The translations under genes and the position numbers were made by a program. The notes below the pieces were generated by a model that had not been told where the DNA came from, did not search any database, and saw only the letters and a program-made list of their open reading frames with translations. Shown here piece after piece: positions 38,489 through 48,505 of a stretch of 64,000 nucleotides of DNA (position 1 is the stretch's first letter; each line of letters starts with the position of its first letter). The DNA comes from Deltaproteobacteria bacterium (GTDB lineage Bacteria > Myxococcota_A > Polyangia > JACPQR01): the NCBI GenBank assembly GCA_016190375.1, contig JACPQR010000020.1, positions 3,665 to 67,664 on the forward strand, given 5' to 3'.

Positions 38489-40126
38489 ATGACCGCCAGA
38501 CGGCCTGCCGACTTCTCGCTAGCCCACGCCGTTCGGTCCGACTCGTTCACGCCGCGGCGGAGCGACCTCGAGCCGCTACTGAACCTGCTCGCCCAGGACG
38601 AGTCCCTGGAGGGGCCGATCGAGCGGGCGATCTCGAGGGTGGGACCGGAATCGGTGCCGGCCGTTCGCGCCAGGCTCCGGGAGGCGACGCCGCCCTTCAA
38701 GGGCCGGCTCGCGAGGCTGCTCGGCCGGCTCGCCGTCACGGACCCGAGCCTGCGGGCGGACCTGGCAGGCCTCCTCGTGGACTCCGACCCGAAGACGCGC
38801 CGGAACGCGATCATCGCGCTCGGCAAGGTCCCCTCGTCGCTCGGCGGGGCCGGTCCGCCGGTCGATGTCGAGGCAGCCCTGATCGCGGCCTGGGGCAGAG
38901 AGACCCGCGAGGACCTGCGTCGATCGATCGCCGATGCGCTGGGCAAGATCGGCGGAGCTACGGCGCTCGAGCTCTTGAAGAGGTTCGAGCCTCGAACACC
39001 CGAGACGCCGGGGCTCGCCGAGGTGGTCGGACGGGCAACGACGAAGCTCCACCGCTCGCTCCTCCGTGCGAGCCGGTCGCGGATCGACCCCGAAAGGGCG
39101 CCGCCATCGCCAGTGCCGATCGTCTTTCACTGCCGCTCGGGCCTCGCGCCGATTCTCGCCGACGAGCTCCCGCCCGGCTTCCGTGCCCGCGTGGATGGCC
39201 CCGACCGCGTGCTCGCCGTGCTGACCGGCCCGCTGTCCGAGGTGTTTCGCGCCCGCACGATGTTGCGGTTCGGGTTTCCCCTCCCGGCGGAGCGCGGCGA
39301 GACAGGAAACGCGCTGGTTCGGGCGCTCACGTCGGAGGCCGCGGGCCGCGTCTTCGAGACCTGGACCGATGGCGCCATCCGCTACGGAATCCGCTGGGTC
39401 GGCGGAGGCCACCAGCGCGCGCTCGCCTGGAGCACGGCCCAGCGTGTGGCCGAGAAGCGGCCGACCTTCGTCAACGATCCCACGCGGAGCACGTGGGATG
39501 CCGTCGTCGAGGAGGCCAACGGCGAGGTTCGAGTCGAGCTGGTCCCCAAGGCCCTCGACGACCCCCGCTTCGACTACAGGCTAGGCCAGGTCGCCGCAGC
39601 CTCGCACCCGACGATCGCCGCGGCGCTCGCGCGAATCGCAGGCGCCAGACCCGACGACGTCGTCTGGGATCCCTTCGTCGGATCCGGCCTCGAGCTCGTC
39701 GAGCGCGCACGGCTCGGCAGATCGCGCGCGCTCCACGGCACCGACCGAGATCCGAAGGCCATCGGCGTCGCCCGGCGCAACCTGGCCGCCGCCGGCATCC
39801 ACGGCGCGAGGCTGGCGGTGGCGGACGCGGGCGAGCACGAGGTCCCCGGCGTCACCCTGATCATCACGAACCCTCCGATGGGCCGCCGCATCGATCGCGG
39901 CGACGTCGGTCCCCTGCTCGATCGCTTCATCGATCACGCGGGCCGTAGCCTGGTCGATGGAGGCAGGCTCGTCTGGGTGTCGCCCTTGCCGCGACGCACC
40001 ATCGCCCGCGCCCGCCGAGTCGGCCTCGTCCTTGCCTCCACTCGCGACATCGACATGGGCGGCTTCACTGCCCAGATCCAGGTCTTCTGCAAGGCGAAGC
40101 AGCCCGCGACCAAGCCGCGGTCGTAG
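38489..40126 (+). CDS. HEAT-repeat protein fused to class I SAM-dependent (RNA-type) methyltransferase
   Basis: N-terminal HEAT repeats; VWDPFVGSG, GTDRD, ITNPPMG. Confidence 0.82.
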   Translation: MTARRPADFSLAHAVRSDSFTPRRSDLEPLLNLLAQDESLEGPIERAISRVGPESVPAVRARLREATPPFKGRLARLLGRLAVTDPSLRADLAGLLVDSDPKTRRNAIIALGKVPSSLGGAGPPVDVEAALIAAWGRETREDLRRSIADALGKIGGATALELLKRFEPRTPETPGLAEVVGRATTKLHRSLLRASRSRIDPERAPPSPVPIVFHCRSGLAPILADELPPGFRARVDGPDRVLAVLTGPLSEVFRARTMLRFGFPLPAERGETGNALVRALTSEAAGRVFETWTDGAIRYGIRWVGGGHQRALAWSTAQRVAEKRPTFVNDPTRSTWDAVVEEANGEVRVELVPKALDDPRFDYRLGQVAAASHPTIAAALARIAGARPDDVVWDPFVGSGLELVERARLGRSRALHGTDRDPKAIGVARRNLAAAGIHGARLAVADAGEHEVPGVTLIITNPPMGRRIDRGDVGPLLDRFIDHAGRSLVDGGRLVWVSPLPRRTIARARRVGLVLASTRDIDMGGFTAQIQVFCKAKQPATKPRS

Positions 40127-40160
40127 CGGCTCGACCGGCACGCCCTCGTTCGTGAACTTG

Positions 40161-40883
40161 TTAACCTCGTCCCCCGCTGTCCGCGTCGTACTCCTTACGG
40201 GAGGCGGGGTCGCCGACCTTCCGTAAGGCCCACGAGACCCGCTTGAAGATCTGGTAGAGACGCTCGCGGGTCTCCTCGTCCGGGATCGCATGTCGGAGAT
40301 CGGGGTGGCACTCCAGGGCCCGCTGGCGGAACGCGGCCTGGATCTCGCGGTCGGTGGCCGTGGGCTGGACGCGCAGGATCTGGTAGGCGTCGAGCGATTC
40401 GAGCTTCGCGTGGAGCCGTTCCGCCCAGCGAGCTAGCTGTTCGAGGTCCACCTCGACCGGCTCTTCGGGGTCGCGGAAGGCCGGAATGCCCGTCGCGCTC
40501 GACTGCCGCACGGGCCGGCCGCCGGCCGCCGCCGTCACCGCCTCGACGAGTGCCGAGCGATCGGGCGGAACGCAGACGAAGGAGCTCGCGCCGAACGCCC
40601 TCGCGTCGACGAGGCCGCGGCGCTCGTCGGAGTAGCCGCGATCCGCCAGGACGAAGCCCACGGGACCGCTGCAGGCGCCGCGGAGCCGGTCGAGCGCGTC
40701 CGGGCTGGCCCGGACCACCTCCGCCTGCAGGATCACGACGTCTGGGCCGTCCTGGCCGACGAGCGCGAGCGCTCCCGCCAAGGAGTCCGCGAACTGAACC
40801 TCATGCTCGGCAGGGTCGAGCAGCGACAGGAACAGCGCGCGAGTCACGCTGTTCGGTGAAACGAGGAGGACTCGCCGACTCAT
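40161..40883 (-). CDS. Pseudo-receiver + J-domain protein
   Basis: RVLLVSP / PDVVILQ receiver-like N-terminus; YQILRV...CHPD...YD J-domain. Confidence 0.85.
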   Translation of the reverse strand: MSRRVLLVSPNSVTRALFLSLLDPAEHEVQFADSLAGALALVGQDGPDVVILQAEVVRASPDALDRLRGACSGPVGFVLADRGYSDERRGLVDARAFGASSFVCVPPDRSALVEAVTAAAGGRPVRQSSATGIPAFRDPEEPVEVDLEQLARWAERLHAKLESLDAYQILRVQPTATDREIQAAFRQRALECHPDLRHAIPDEETRERLYQIFKRVSWALRKVGDPASRKEYDADSGGRG

Positions 40884-42565
40884 GCCCCGGAGCCCATCCG
40901 CTGCCTCGACTCGGCGATCTGGGCCTCGCTCGGGCCCGAGAGCTTCAGCCGTCGGGAGTGCTGCCGGCCCGAGTCGAGGTCCGTCGCGGTGACGCAGAGG
41001 ATACCGTTGACGTCTACCTCGAACGTGACCTCTACCGACACGTCCCCGGCCCCCGCGGGTCTCAGACCCGAGACGACGAAGTCGCCGAGCCTCGTGTTCT
41101 CGGCTGCCTGGGGAGAGTCCCCCTGGATGAGGACGAAGCGCATCTCCGGTTGCCCCTCGCGCCATGTCGTGAACCGACGCTTCTCCTCGGTCGGGACGAC
41201 GGAGTAGCTCTTGAGCACCCACTCGACGCCGCCGCCCGCGACCGCGATCCCGATCGAGTGAGGAAGGACGTCGATGAGAAGCGCGCTGGCGACCGCCGCG
41301 GGTGCCGCTGCGCTCGCGGCCCCAGACGAGGCCTCGGCGGGCTCGCCGCCGCCCGGTCCCGGCGCCGACGCGTTCCCGGCGGCAGGAGTCGAGCGCCTCT
41401 GGGGCTTGACCGTCCCGCCCGTCAGCAGCGCGGCATGCATCGACGCGCCCAGAGCGACCGCGTGCATCGGATCGACTTCCCGCCGGGGCTTCTTTCCGAA
41501 GAACTCGGCGACAGCGTCGGCCACCAGGGGCACCTGGGTCGTCCCGCCCACCAGGACCACGTCGTTGACGTCGGAGGGCGCGACCCTCGCGGCCTGCAAT
41601 CCCCTCCTCGTGAGGTCGATCGAGCGCTCCACGAACGTGTACGCGATCGAGGCCAGGTCCGTGCGGGACAGATCCATCCGCAGGTCCTGCGCGCCCGAGT
41701 CCCCGAAGCCGGCGCCCTCGATCACGACCTCGGTCTTCTCCTGGGATGCCAGCTCGATCTTGGCCTTCTCCGCGGCGAACAGGAGCCTCTGCCACTCGGT
41801 CTGCGAGCGCCTCAGGTCGATCCGCGCATCCCTGCGGAAACGGTCGGCGAGGCGCCCGGCGAGCGCCACGTCGATATCGTCGCCTCCCAGGAACGGATCG
41901 CCCGCCGTCGACAGCACCCGGTACACGCCCTTGCGGATCTCCACGACCGAGATGTCGAACGTCCCGCCGCCGAAGTCGTAGACCGCGATCACACCATCGC
42001 GCGAGCCGTCGAACCCGAACGCCAGCGCTGCGGCGGTCGGCTCGTTGACGATCCTGAGGACCTCGAGCCCCGCGATACGCCCCGCGACCCTCGTGTACTC
42101 GCGCTGGCCGTCGTTGAAGTTCGCCGGGACGGTGATCACCGCATGGACCGGCTGATCCCCGAGCTTCGCTCGCGCGACCGCCGCCATCTTCCGCAGGATC
42201 ATGGCGGCGATCTCCGCCACGGAGTACGTGCCGCCGCGAGTGTGGATGGCCACCTGTCCGTCGGGGCCCGAGACGACCTCGTACGGGAGCGCCGCGCGGG
42301 CGATGCGGACTGCCGGGTCGGAGTAAGGACGACCGATGAGCCTCTTCGAAGAGTAGATGGTGTTCGTCGGATCTTCGACCAGCCTGGATCTGGCGCGATG
42401 GCCGACGAGGATCTCGTTAGCATCCGTGAACGAGACGACGCTCGGCGTCGTGGTCCGGCCTTGAGGATCGGCGAGGACGGACGGTTCACCTCCGACGACG
42501 GCGGCCACGGACGAGTTCGTGGTCCCGAGATCTATCCCCACCACCAGAGCGGATGAGCGAGACAC
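40880..42565 (-). CDS. Atypical Hsp70 (DnaK-family) protein lacking most of the C-terminal lid
   Basis: GIDLGTTNS, TVPANF, RIVNEPTAAA, YDFGGGTFDIS, LVGGTT, TFEVDVNGIL; start approximate. Confidence 0.9.
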   Translation of the reverse strand: MSRSSALVVGIDLGTTNSSVAAVVGGEPSVLADPQGRTTTPSVVSFTDANEILVGHRARSRLVEDPTNTIYSSKRLIGRPYSDPAVRIARAALPYEVVSGPDGQVAIHTRGGTYSVAEIAAMILRKMAAVARAKLGDQPVHAVITVPANFNDGQREYTRVAGRIAGLEVLRIVNEPTAAALAFGFDGSRDGVIAVYDFGGGTFDISVVEIRKGVYRVLSTAGDPFLGGDDIDVALAGRLADRFRRDARIDLRRSQTEWQRLLFAAEKAKIELASQEKTEVVIEGAGFGDSGAQDLRMDLSRTDLASIAYTFVERSIDLTRRGLQAARVAPSDVNDVVLVGGTTQVPLVADAVAEFFGKKPRREVDPMHAVALGASMHAALLTGGTVKPQRRSTPAAGNASAPGPGGGEPAEASSGAASAAAPAAVASALLIDVLPHSIGIAVAGGGVEWVLKSYSVVPTEEKRRFTTWREGQPEMRFVLIQGDSPQAAENTRLGDFVVSGLRPAGAGDVSVEVTFEVDVNGILCVTATDLDSGRQHSRRLKLSGPSEAQIAESRQRMGSGA

Positions 42566-42608
42566 GGCGGAAGAGCGCCAGCATACCACGACGGGGTTGG
42601 CTGAACGC

Positions 42609-45600
42609 TCAGGATCCGAGCAGCGCGCGCAAGCGCGACCGAAGGGCCCCGCTCGCTCCGGCGGCGCGCCCCTCGACCGCGCTCCGGCCGTCCTTTCCCC
42701 CGATCGCGAGCAGGACCCGCGCGATCGTCTCGACGACCAGCGGGCTCGCCTGACCCTTGCCGGATCCGACGAAGCGCGACACGACGCCACCCCTCCTCGG
42801 CTCCATTGCCTTGACCAGGACCTCCACGGCGCCAGGCTTCGCGTCCTGAACGACGTCGAACAGCGCCGCCGCGGCCGTCGCGCAGAGGTCATCGCCCGCC
42901 GGGGTGACGCCGGAGAGGATCTTCTCGATCCGCAGGACGACCTCGGCGTCCACGCCGCCGACCCGGCGCAGCCCCGCCACCGCGGCGACCCTCACGCCGT
43001 CGTCGGGATCGTCGAGGAGCGTCGCCAACCTCTGGCGCGCGCGTGGACCCCACAGTGCGGCCAGGGCGAGCGTCGCGACCCTGCGCACGGACGGCGCGCG
43101 ATGTGAGAGGAAGCGGGCGACCAGTCGGCCCAGGTCCTCGTCGATGACCTCCGGCATGGCGCGGAGCAGGTCCTCGGCCAGCGTCGGCTCGGCGTCGGGG
43201 CGCACCGGATCGATGCCGGACAGCACGGTGGCGATCACGGGAACCGCCTCCGGGCCCAGCTCGCGCAGCGTCGCGACGAAGCGTGGCCTGCCGATATCGG
43301 CAGCCTTGCCTCGCTCCCTCGCCGCGCAGAGCGCGCGGGCTCCCTCGGCGCCCGCGCTCACGAGGATCCCGCGCGCCGGGTCGCGAACGGCCATGCCTCC
43401 GGTGAGGAGCGCATCGGCGACGGGAGCGAGAAGGGCCGGGTCCTGCAGCGTCCGCAGCGTTCTCGCCGCGAGCCCCTCGCGGGTCGAGTCCGACGGCTCC
43501 GCGCCCCGCGCGTGCCGCTCGAGCCGCGCGACCACGGCCCAGAGCGCCGCCGCCTCGCCACGCCTGGCCAGGACGCGCATCGCGCGATCCAGCGTGGCGA
43601 CCTCGCGTGCGTAGCGGGCCTCGTCGAAGATGGTGTCGAGGGACCGCAGTATGGCCTCGGGGTTCTTCGCCAGGGCCTCCGCCTGCTGCTCGGCGAGGAT
43701 CCAGAGCTGCAGATCGGGCGGCAGCTCCGGGAAGGACAGGATCGCCCTCTCGTGCAGGACACGGAGGACCTCATCGGAGTCGACCGTCCGCTCGCGTACG
43801 AAGCGGGCGCCGAACAGGTGGACCAGCTTGCGCGCGACCGTGGTCCCACCCCCACCCTCCTCCGAGCCGTGCGACGCCACCTCCTTCTCGAGGTCGCCGA
43901 GGAGCAGCCCCGCGACGCGCGTGCACAGGGCGTGCGGCAAGGCCGCGACGATCAGCGTCGACAGGTCGAGGGACGCGAGCTCCGGCACGTGGCGAACGGC
44001 CACTCCTACGAGGTCCGCGTTGGCGAGCAGGAGCCTGACGGGCTCGGGCCCGCGCAGGGTCCTGACGACGTCGCCGATGAGCTGCGTCCTCAGCTTCCTC
44101 ATCCCCTCGAGGTCGACGCCGCGCAGCATCGGCAGCGCTCTGAGATCCCGGGCCAGCCGGGAGATGCAGAGATCCACCTCCCAGGGAAGCCTCCGCTCCC
44201 GACCGAGCAGGTCCGCCGCGAAGAGCACCGAGACGTGGCGGAGCCCCCGCGACAGGAAGGTCGCGCGGAGCTGGTCGGTCGCGACCTCGGGGCCGGAGAG
44301 CAGCTCGACCACGTCTGCGAGCTCGCCCTGGCCGATCCCCTCCTTGAGCGTCAGCGCGATCATGTGGCGGCGCACGAAGACGTCCGCCATCCGCGCTCCG
44401 TGTGCCTCGAAGACCGACACCGGTACGAGCTTGCGCAGCTCGTAGGTCTCGCCGAGCCCCGTCTGCACGGTGAGCTGGACGACGTGCTGAACGTCGCGCC
44501 GGGCGATGGAGGTCTCGCCCCGATCTCTCAGCACCGGCCCGACGGATCGCACGACTGCCGTCAGCGACTTGTCGAACTCGGGGTGTCCCCGCTCGTAGTA
44601 GCTCGTCCGGGAGACCGCGGCCGTCAGGGCGACGAAGAGCTCGGCAAAGCCCGAGCTGGGGTCGTCGAGCGCGACCGAGAGCCCCGGGTCCGATGCGGTC
44701 TGTTCCGGCTGGGGTGGAGGCGCGGACGATGGCCGTCGCTGCTCGGGAGCGTCGACATCGATCAGGTCGTCGAGGACGACGAGCGCGGGACGATCGTCTT
44801 CGACGATCCGCGCCGAGTCGACCTTCGTCACCGACGTTCGCTCGGCGTCGAGGGGTGGAGGGCTGACCTCGGTCTTGGCGTCCTGGAAGCCGCCACCAGG
44901 AACGTCCCGTCGCACCGTCTTCTCGTCGAGCATCTGCTCGAGCAGCGCCCTGAGCTCCGCGCGCAGCTCGCGCGCCGACTGCTGCCGCTTCGACGGGTCC
45001 TTCTGCATCGCCTTCAGGACCACCGTCTCCAGGCTCGGATCCACCGTGGGGTTCACCCGCGTTGGCGGGATGGGCACCTCGCTCACGTGCTTCATCGCCA
45101 CGCCCAGGGCGCTGTCGTCCGTGAAGGGCACCCGTCCGGTCGTCATCTCGTAGAGGATGACGCCGCACGAGTAGATGTCCGATCGGGCATCGATCGGCTG
45201 CGCCCGCGCCTGCTCGGGAGACATGTAGTGAGGCGTTCCCCAGATGGTCCCGACGGCCGTGAGCTTCTTGAGCTTCTCCTGATCTTGCCCGTCGGCTCGG
45301 TCCTGGAGCTTGGCGATCCCGAAGTCGCACACCTTGACGACATCGACCACGGAGCCGTCGTCGTCCCGTCCCTGGACGATCACGACGTTCTCGGGCTTGA
45401 CGTCGCGGTGGACGATCCCGAGATCGTGCGCCGCCGACAGCGCCGCGCACACCTGCGACATGACCTCGACGCAGCGGGCCAGCGGCATGGGGCCGCCCGT
45501 GTCGAGGATGATCTGCAGGTCCTGGCCCGCGAGGTATTCCATCGCGATGTAGAGGAGCCCGTCGGGCTCCTGTCCGAAGTCCAGGACCCTCATGACGTTC

Positions 45601-46586
45601 GGGTGGTCGAGCTTGCTCGTCGCCAGCGCCTCCCGGTGAAAACGCGCCGCGAACTGGACGTCGGCCTGGTAGGCCGAGTGCAGGACCTTGATGGCGATCA
45701 GCTTGTCGAGCGCGACGTGCCGCGCCTTGTATACGTTGCCCGTCCCACCACGGCCGAGGTGCGTCCGGATCTCGTACTTGCCGCCGCCGAGGATGCGTCC
45801 GACGAGCGGGTCCGGCGCGAAGACCGGCTCCTGGCCGTGCGCCGTGAGGTCCAGCTCGAGAGGACCCGAGTCCAGGCGCTCGTCGTCGAGGACGAGCTCG
45901 CGCGCCCCGCCAAGAGCGGGCGAGCCCTCGGCAGGAGTCATCGCAGGGGCCGCGCTCGCCGGCTCCACCGAGACGACCTTCGCTCGCTCGGGACCGGCGG
46001 GCTCCACGATCGTGACCGCGGTGGTCTCGTCCATCGAGGCATCCCGTGCCACCGGAGCGGCCCGGGGGGTAGTCTCGGCTGGAGCCGGCGCCACGGGAGC
46101 AATCGGGGTCGCGCCCGAAGGCGACTTGGGCGCCCTGAACACGAGGTCGGGTGCGGCCTCCTTCGCCCCGCCGGGATCGACCGGCGGCTGCTGCGGCCGG
46201 TCTCGCACGGGAGCGTCGAGCATCCCCATCCCCTCGAACTCGCCCACGACGACGAGCGCCGGAGCGTCGTCCGGCACGCTGAGCACTGGCGGCGGGAGGC
46301 TTCCTCTCAGGAACGCCCTCAGCTCGCGGACCTGATCGTCATCGATAGGACGCAGTCGGAGCGGGAACATGCCCGCGACCGGCTCGCCCGCCGGCTCGGC
46401 GGTCACGACCAGAGGCTGTTCGAGATCCGGTGCGTGAAGCTCGATCCTCTGCGCGCCCTCCCACTCGGGAGCCGCCTCCAGGGGCACGAGCGAGACCGTC
46501 TCGCCGAGGCAGGCCTCGATGACGTGGACTACCTCCGAGCGATCGAGCAGCCTCGCGACGAGCACGACGGAGCCCAAGCCTAGCAC
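42609..46586 (-). CDS. Large Ser/Thr protein kinase with C-terminal helical/HEAT region (1325 aa)
   Basis: GRGGTGNV, AIKVL, HRDVKPEN, DFG, GTPHYMSPEQ; HEAT repeats near C-terminus. Confidence 0.9.
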   Translation of the reverse strand: MLGLGSVVLVARLLDRSEVVHVIEACLGETVSLVPLEAAPEWEGAQRIELHAPDLEQPLVVTAEPAGEPVAGMFPLRLRPIDDDQVRELRAFLRGSLPPPVLSVPDDAPALVVVGEFEGMGMLDAPVRDRPQQPPVDPGGAKEAAPDLVFRAPKSPSGATPIAPVAPAPAETTPRAAPVARDASMDETTAVTIVEPAGPERAKVVSVEPASAAPAMTPAEGSPALGGARELVLDDERLDSGPLELDLTAHGQEPVFAPDPLVGRILGGGKYEIRTHLGRGGTGNVYKARHVALDKLIAIKVLHSAYQADVQFAARFHREALATSKLDHPNVMRVLDFGQEPDGLLYIAMEYLAGQDLQIILDTGGPMPLARCVEVMSQVCAALSAAHDLGIVHRDVKPENVVIVQGRDDDGSVVDVVKVCDFGIAKLQDRADGQDQEKLKKLTAVGTIWGTPHYMSPEQARAQPIDARSDIYSCGVILYEMTTGRVPFTDDSALGVAMKHVSEVPIPPTRVNPTVDPSLETVVLKAMQKDPSKRQQSARELRAELRALLEQMLDEKTVRRDVPGGGFQDAKTEVSPPPLDAERTSVTKVDSARIVEDDRPALVVLDDLIDVDAPEQRRPSSAPPPQPEQTASDPGLSVALDDPSSGFAELFVALTAAVSRTSYYERGHPEFDKSLTAVVRSVGPVLRDRGETSIARRDVQHVVQLTVQTGLGETYELRKLVPVSVFEAHGARMADVFVRRHMIALTLKEGIGQGELADVVELLSGPEVATDQLRATFLSRGLRHVSVLFAADLLGRERRLPWEVDLCISRLARDLRALPMLRGVDLEGMRKLRTQLIGDVVRTLRGPEPVRLLLANADLVGVAVRHVPELASLDLSTLIVAALPHALCTRVAGLLLGDLEKEVASHGSEEGGGGTTVARKLVHLFGARFVRERTVDSDEVLRVLHERAILSFPELPPDLQLWILAEQQAEALAKNPEAILRSLDTIFDEARYAREVATLDRAMRVLARRGEAAALWAVVARLERHARGAEPSDSTREGLAARTLRTLQDPALLAPVADALLTGGMAVRDPARGILVSAGAEGARALCAARERGKAADIGRPRFVATLRELGPEAVPVIATVLSGIDPVRPDAEPTLAEDLLRAMPEVIDEDLGRLVARFLSHRAPSVRRVATLALAALWGPRARQRLATLLDDPDDGVRVAAVAGLRRVGGVDAEVVLRIEKILSGVTPAGDDLCATAAAALFDVVQDAKPGAVEVLVKAMEPRRGGVVSRFVGSGKGQASPLVVETIARVLLAIGGKDGRSAVEGRAAGASGALRSRLRALLGS

Positions 46587-46642
46587 GGCTTGCCTGCGGC
46601 TCGACGACTGCCTGACGCGGCGTCAGGTTCGCCGCGCCGCGA

Positions 46643-46933
46643 TCAGTCGGCGTGCGCCTCGGGCGCCGGAGCCGGCGCTGGAGGCGTCGGAGCCGGGGCC
46701 GCGGAGCGCTCCTCTTCTCGCCTCTCGTGGTCCAGCACCATCTTCACCATGTCACGAACGGCGCGCTGCTGGGACGCGCTCTCCTGGGAGGCCGTGCTCA
46801 GCCGCGCCAGGATCCGATCGACGCCCTGATCGACCGTGGCCCAGACCATGTACTGGCCCCCGAGCAGAGCGACGAGGATGAGGACGATCAGCCCGACGGA
46901 GAGTGGGTCCTTCTTCTTCTCTTGGTCTGCCAT
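46643..46933 (-). CDS. Small hypothetical membrane protein
   Basis: TM VGLIVLILVALLGG, coiled segment, Pro/Ala tail. Confidence 0.6.
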   Translation of the reverse strand: MADQEKKKDPLSVGLIVLILVALLGGQYMVWATVDQGVDRILARLSTASQESASQQRAVRDMVKMVLDHERREEERSAAPAPTPPAPAPAPEAHAD

Positions 46934-47016
46934 GCGGGCCTCCTCTCATGATCGGGGGTATGAGCGCAAGATGATTCGGGGCTCATTCGCGTTCGCTCAT
47001 GCCGGTGGCCGACGGG

Positions 47017-48072
47017 TCAGCCCGGACACCAATCCCTGCACTCGCTGCCGCAGCACTCGTGCCACTGGTTGCACGTCACCCCACAGCCGCCGCAGTTCTC
47101 GTCGTCGTCGCTCGTGTCCACGCACCGGCCGTCGCAGAGCTCTTCGGCCGGGCCGTTGCACCTGCGGCAATTGCCGTTCTCGCAGGCCTCGTCGGCCGCG
47201 CAGGACGTGTCGCAGTCGCCGCAGTACCTGGGGTCCCACTCGACCCAACGGCAGGCCCCGTTACAGAGCATCTGGCCCGCGTCGGGACAAGCGCACTCGC
47301 CATCCACGCAGAGGTTCTGCTGGCAATCGATGGCGCAGTCGCCGCAGTGGTCGCGGTCGGTCTCCAGGTCCACGCACTCGTTGCCGCAGAGATCCGGCTC
47401 CCCGTCCGGGCAAACGCAGTCGCCGCCCACGCAGGTGGCTCCAGGAGGGCACACGGTCTCGCACCGCCCGCAGTGTCCCTCGTCCACCTCCGTGTCGAAG
47501 CACCCGCCGGGACAGATGCGCAGGTCGGCCGGGCAGACGCACTCCAGGTCCTCGCATGACTGTCCGGCCGCGCACGCGTTGCCGCAGGCCCCGCAGTTCC
47601 TCGCGTCGACGGCGGGGTCCACGCAGTCGGCGTCGCACGGTGACAGGCCGGCGGGACAGGCGCAGACGCTGTTCACGCATTCCTGCGACGGGAGGCACGC
47701 CGCCGCGCACGCCCCGCAGTTCTCGGCGTTCGTCGCGAGATCGACGCATGCCCCGCCGCAGTCCTCGAGGGGCTCCTCGCACTCGGTGGCGCACAGACCG
47801 GAGCTGCAGACCTCGCCGTCGTCACAGACGGTCCCGCAGTCCCCGCAGTGCTCCGGATCGCCCTGCAGCCAGACGCAGTCCTCGCCGCAAGGCGAGAGTC
47901 CCGACTTGCATCCGGCGTCCGGCGCCGCCGCGTCGCCCGGGGACCCGTCGGCCCCCGTGTCGGCCAGAGCCGCATCGGCGGGCTCGAAGGGCTCGTGATC
48001 CAGGAAGGTCGAGCAGAGACACCCCTGTAGCGACGCGGGAATCAGGAGCGCCGAGAGGAGGTTCAACCGCAT
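47017..48072 (-). CDS. Cys-rich repeat lipoprotein (MXAN_6577/Stigma1-like repeats)
   Basis: Repeated CVDxxxDxxxCGxCGxxC...C units; SLQGC lipobox. Confidence 0.85.
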   Translation of the reverse strand: MRLNLLSALLIPASLQGCLCSTFLDHEPFEPADAALADTGADGSPGDAAAPDAGCKSGLSPCGEDCVWLQGDPEHCGDCGTVCDDGEVCSSGLCATECEEPLEDCGGACVDLATNAENCGACAAACLPSQECVNSVCACPAGLSPCDADCVDPAVDARNCGACGNACAAGQSCEDLECVCPADLRICPGGCFDTEVDEGHCGRCETVCPPGATCVGGDCVCPDGEPDLCGNECVDLETDRDHCGDCAIDCQQNLCVDGECACPDAGQMLCNGACRWVEWDPRYCGDCDTSCAADEACENGNCRRCNGPAEELCDGRCVDTSDDDENCGGCGVTCNQWHECCGSECRDWCPG

Positions 48073-48117
48073 GTGGACGGCCCTTCGGTACGTCGCTGTG
48101 GACGGCCCGAGATCTCG

Positions 48118-48504
48118 ATGCTACAGTTTTTCGTCGTGGCTGTCCCGAGATCACGAGTGGTTGCCCTGGCGCTGATGGCCGCCGCCGTCTGGTCCGCGGC
48201 CATGCCCGCCGTGGCGGCCGTCCAGCTCGCGGCCGACCGGGACTGTCCCTGCCCGCTTCACAAGCCGCCGGCCGAGCCGAGCTTGACCGCACAGTGCGAG
48301 TGCCACGAGCTCCCGGCGGGCACCGATGTCGTTCCCAGCGTGGCCACGCCTCCGGCGGCCGACGCGTCCTCGACCGTGGTCGCACCGCCTGGACAGGCGC
48401 TGCCGCCGGTCCCGGCCTGGTCGGCGGCCGGTCTGGAACCTACACCCGTCTCGACGGGCCCCGATCCACCCGCGTACCTCCTCAACCTCTCCATTCGCCG
48501 CTAG
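48118..48504 (+). CDS. Candidate leader/uORF protein upstream of metal efflux operon (DUF2946-like architecture)
   Basis: Hydrophobic N-terminus, CPCPLH and CECH, Pro-rich C-terminus TGPDPPAYLLNLSIRR. Confidence 0.6.
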   Translation: MLQFFVVAVPRSRVVALALMAAAVWSAAMPAVAAVQLAADRDCPCPLHKPPAEPSLTAQCECHELPAGTDVVPSVATPPAADASSTVVAPPGQALPPVPAWSAAGLEPTPVSTGPDPPAYLLNLSIRR

Positions 48505-48505
48505 C

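Noticed and set aside
40193-40228. 12-bp hairpin (one G-U) near the convergent ends
   Set aside because: It lies inside the J-domain CDS and has no U-tract; chance cannot be excluded.
47017-48072. Cys-rich repeat protein as a novelty
   Set aside because: It matches a repeat type already common in myxobacteria; listed as a feature only.
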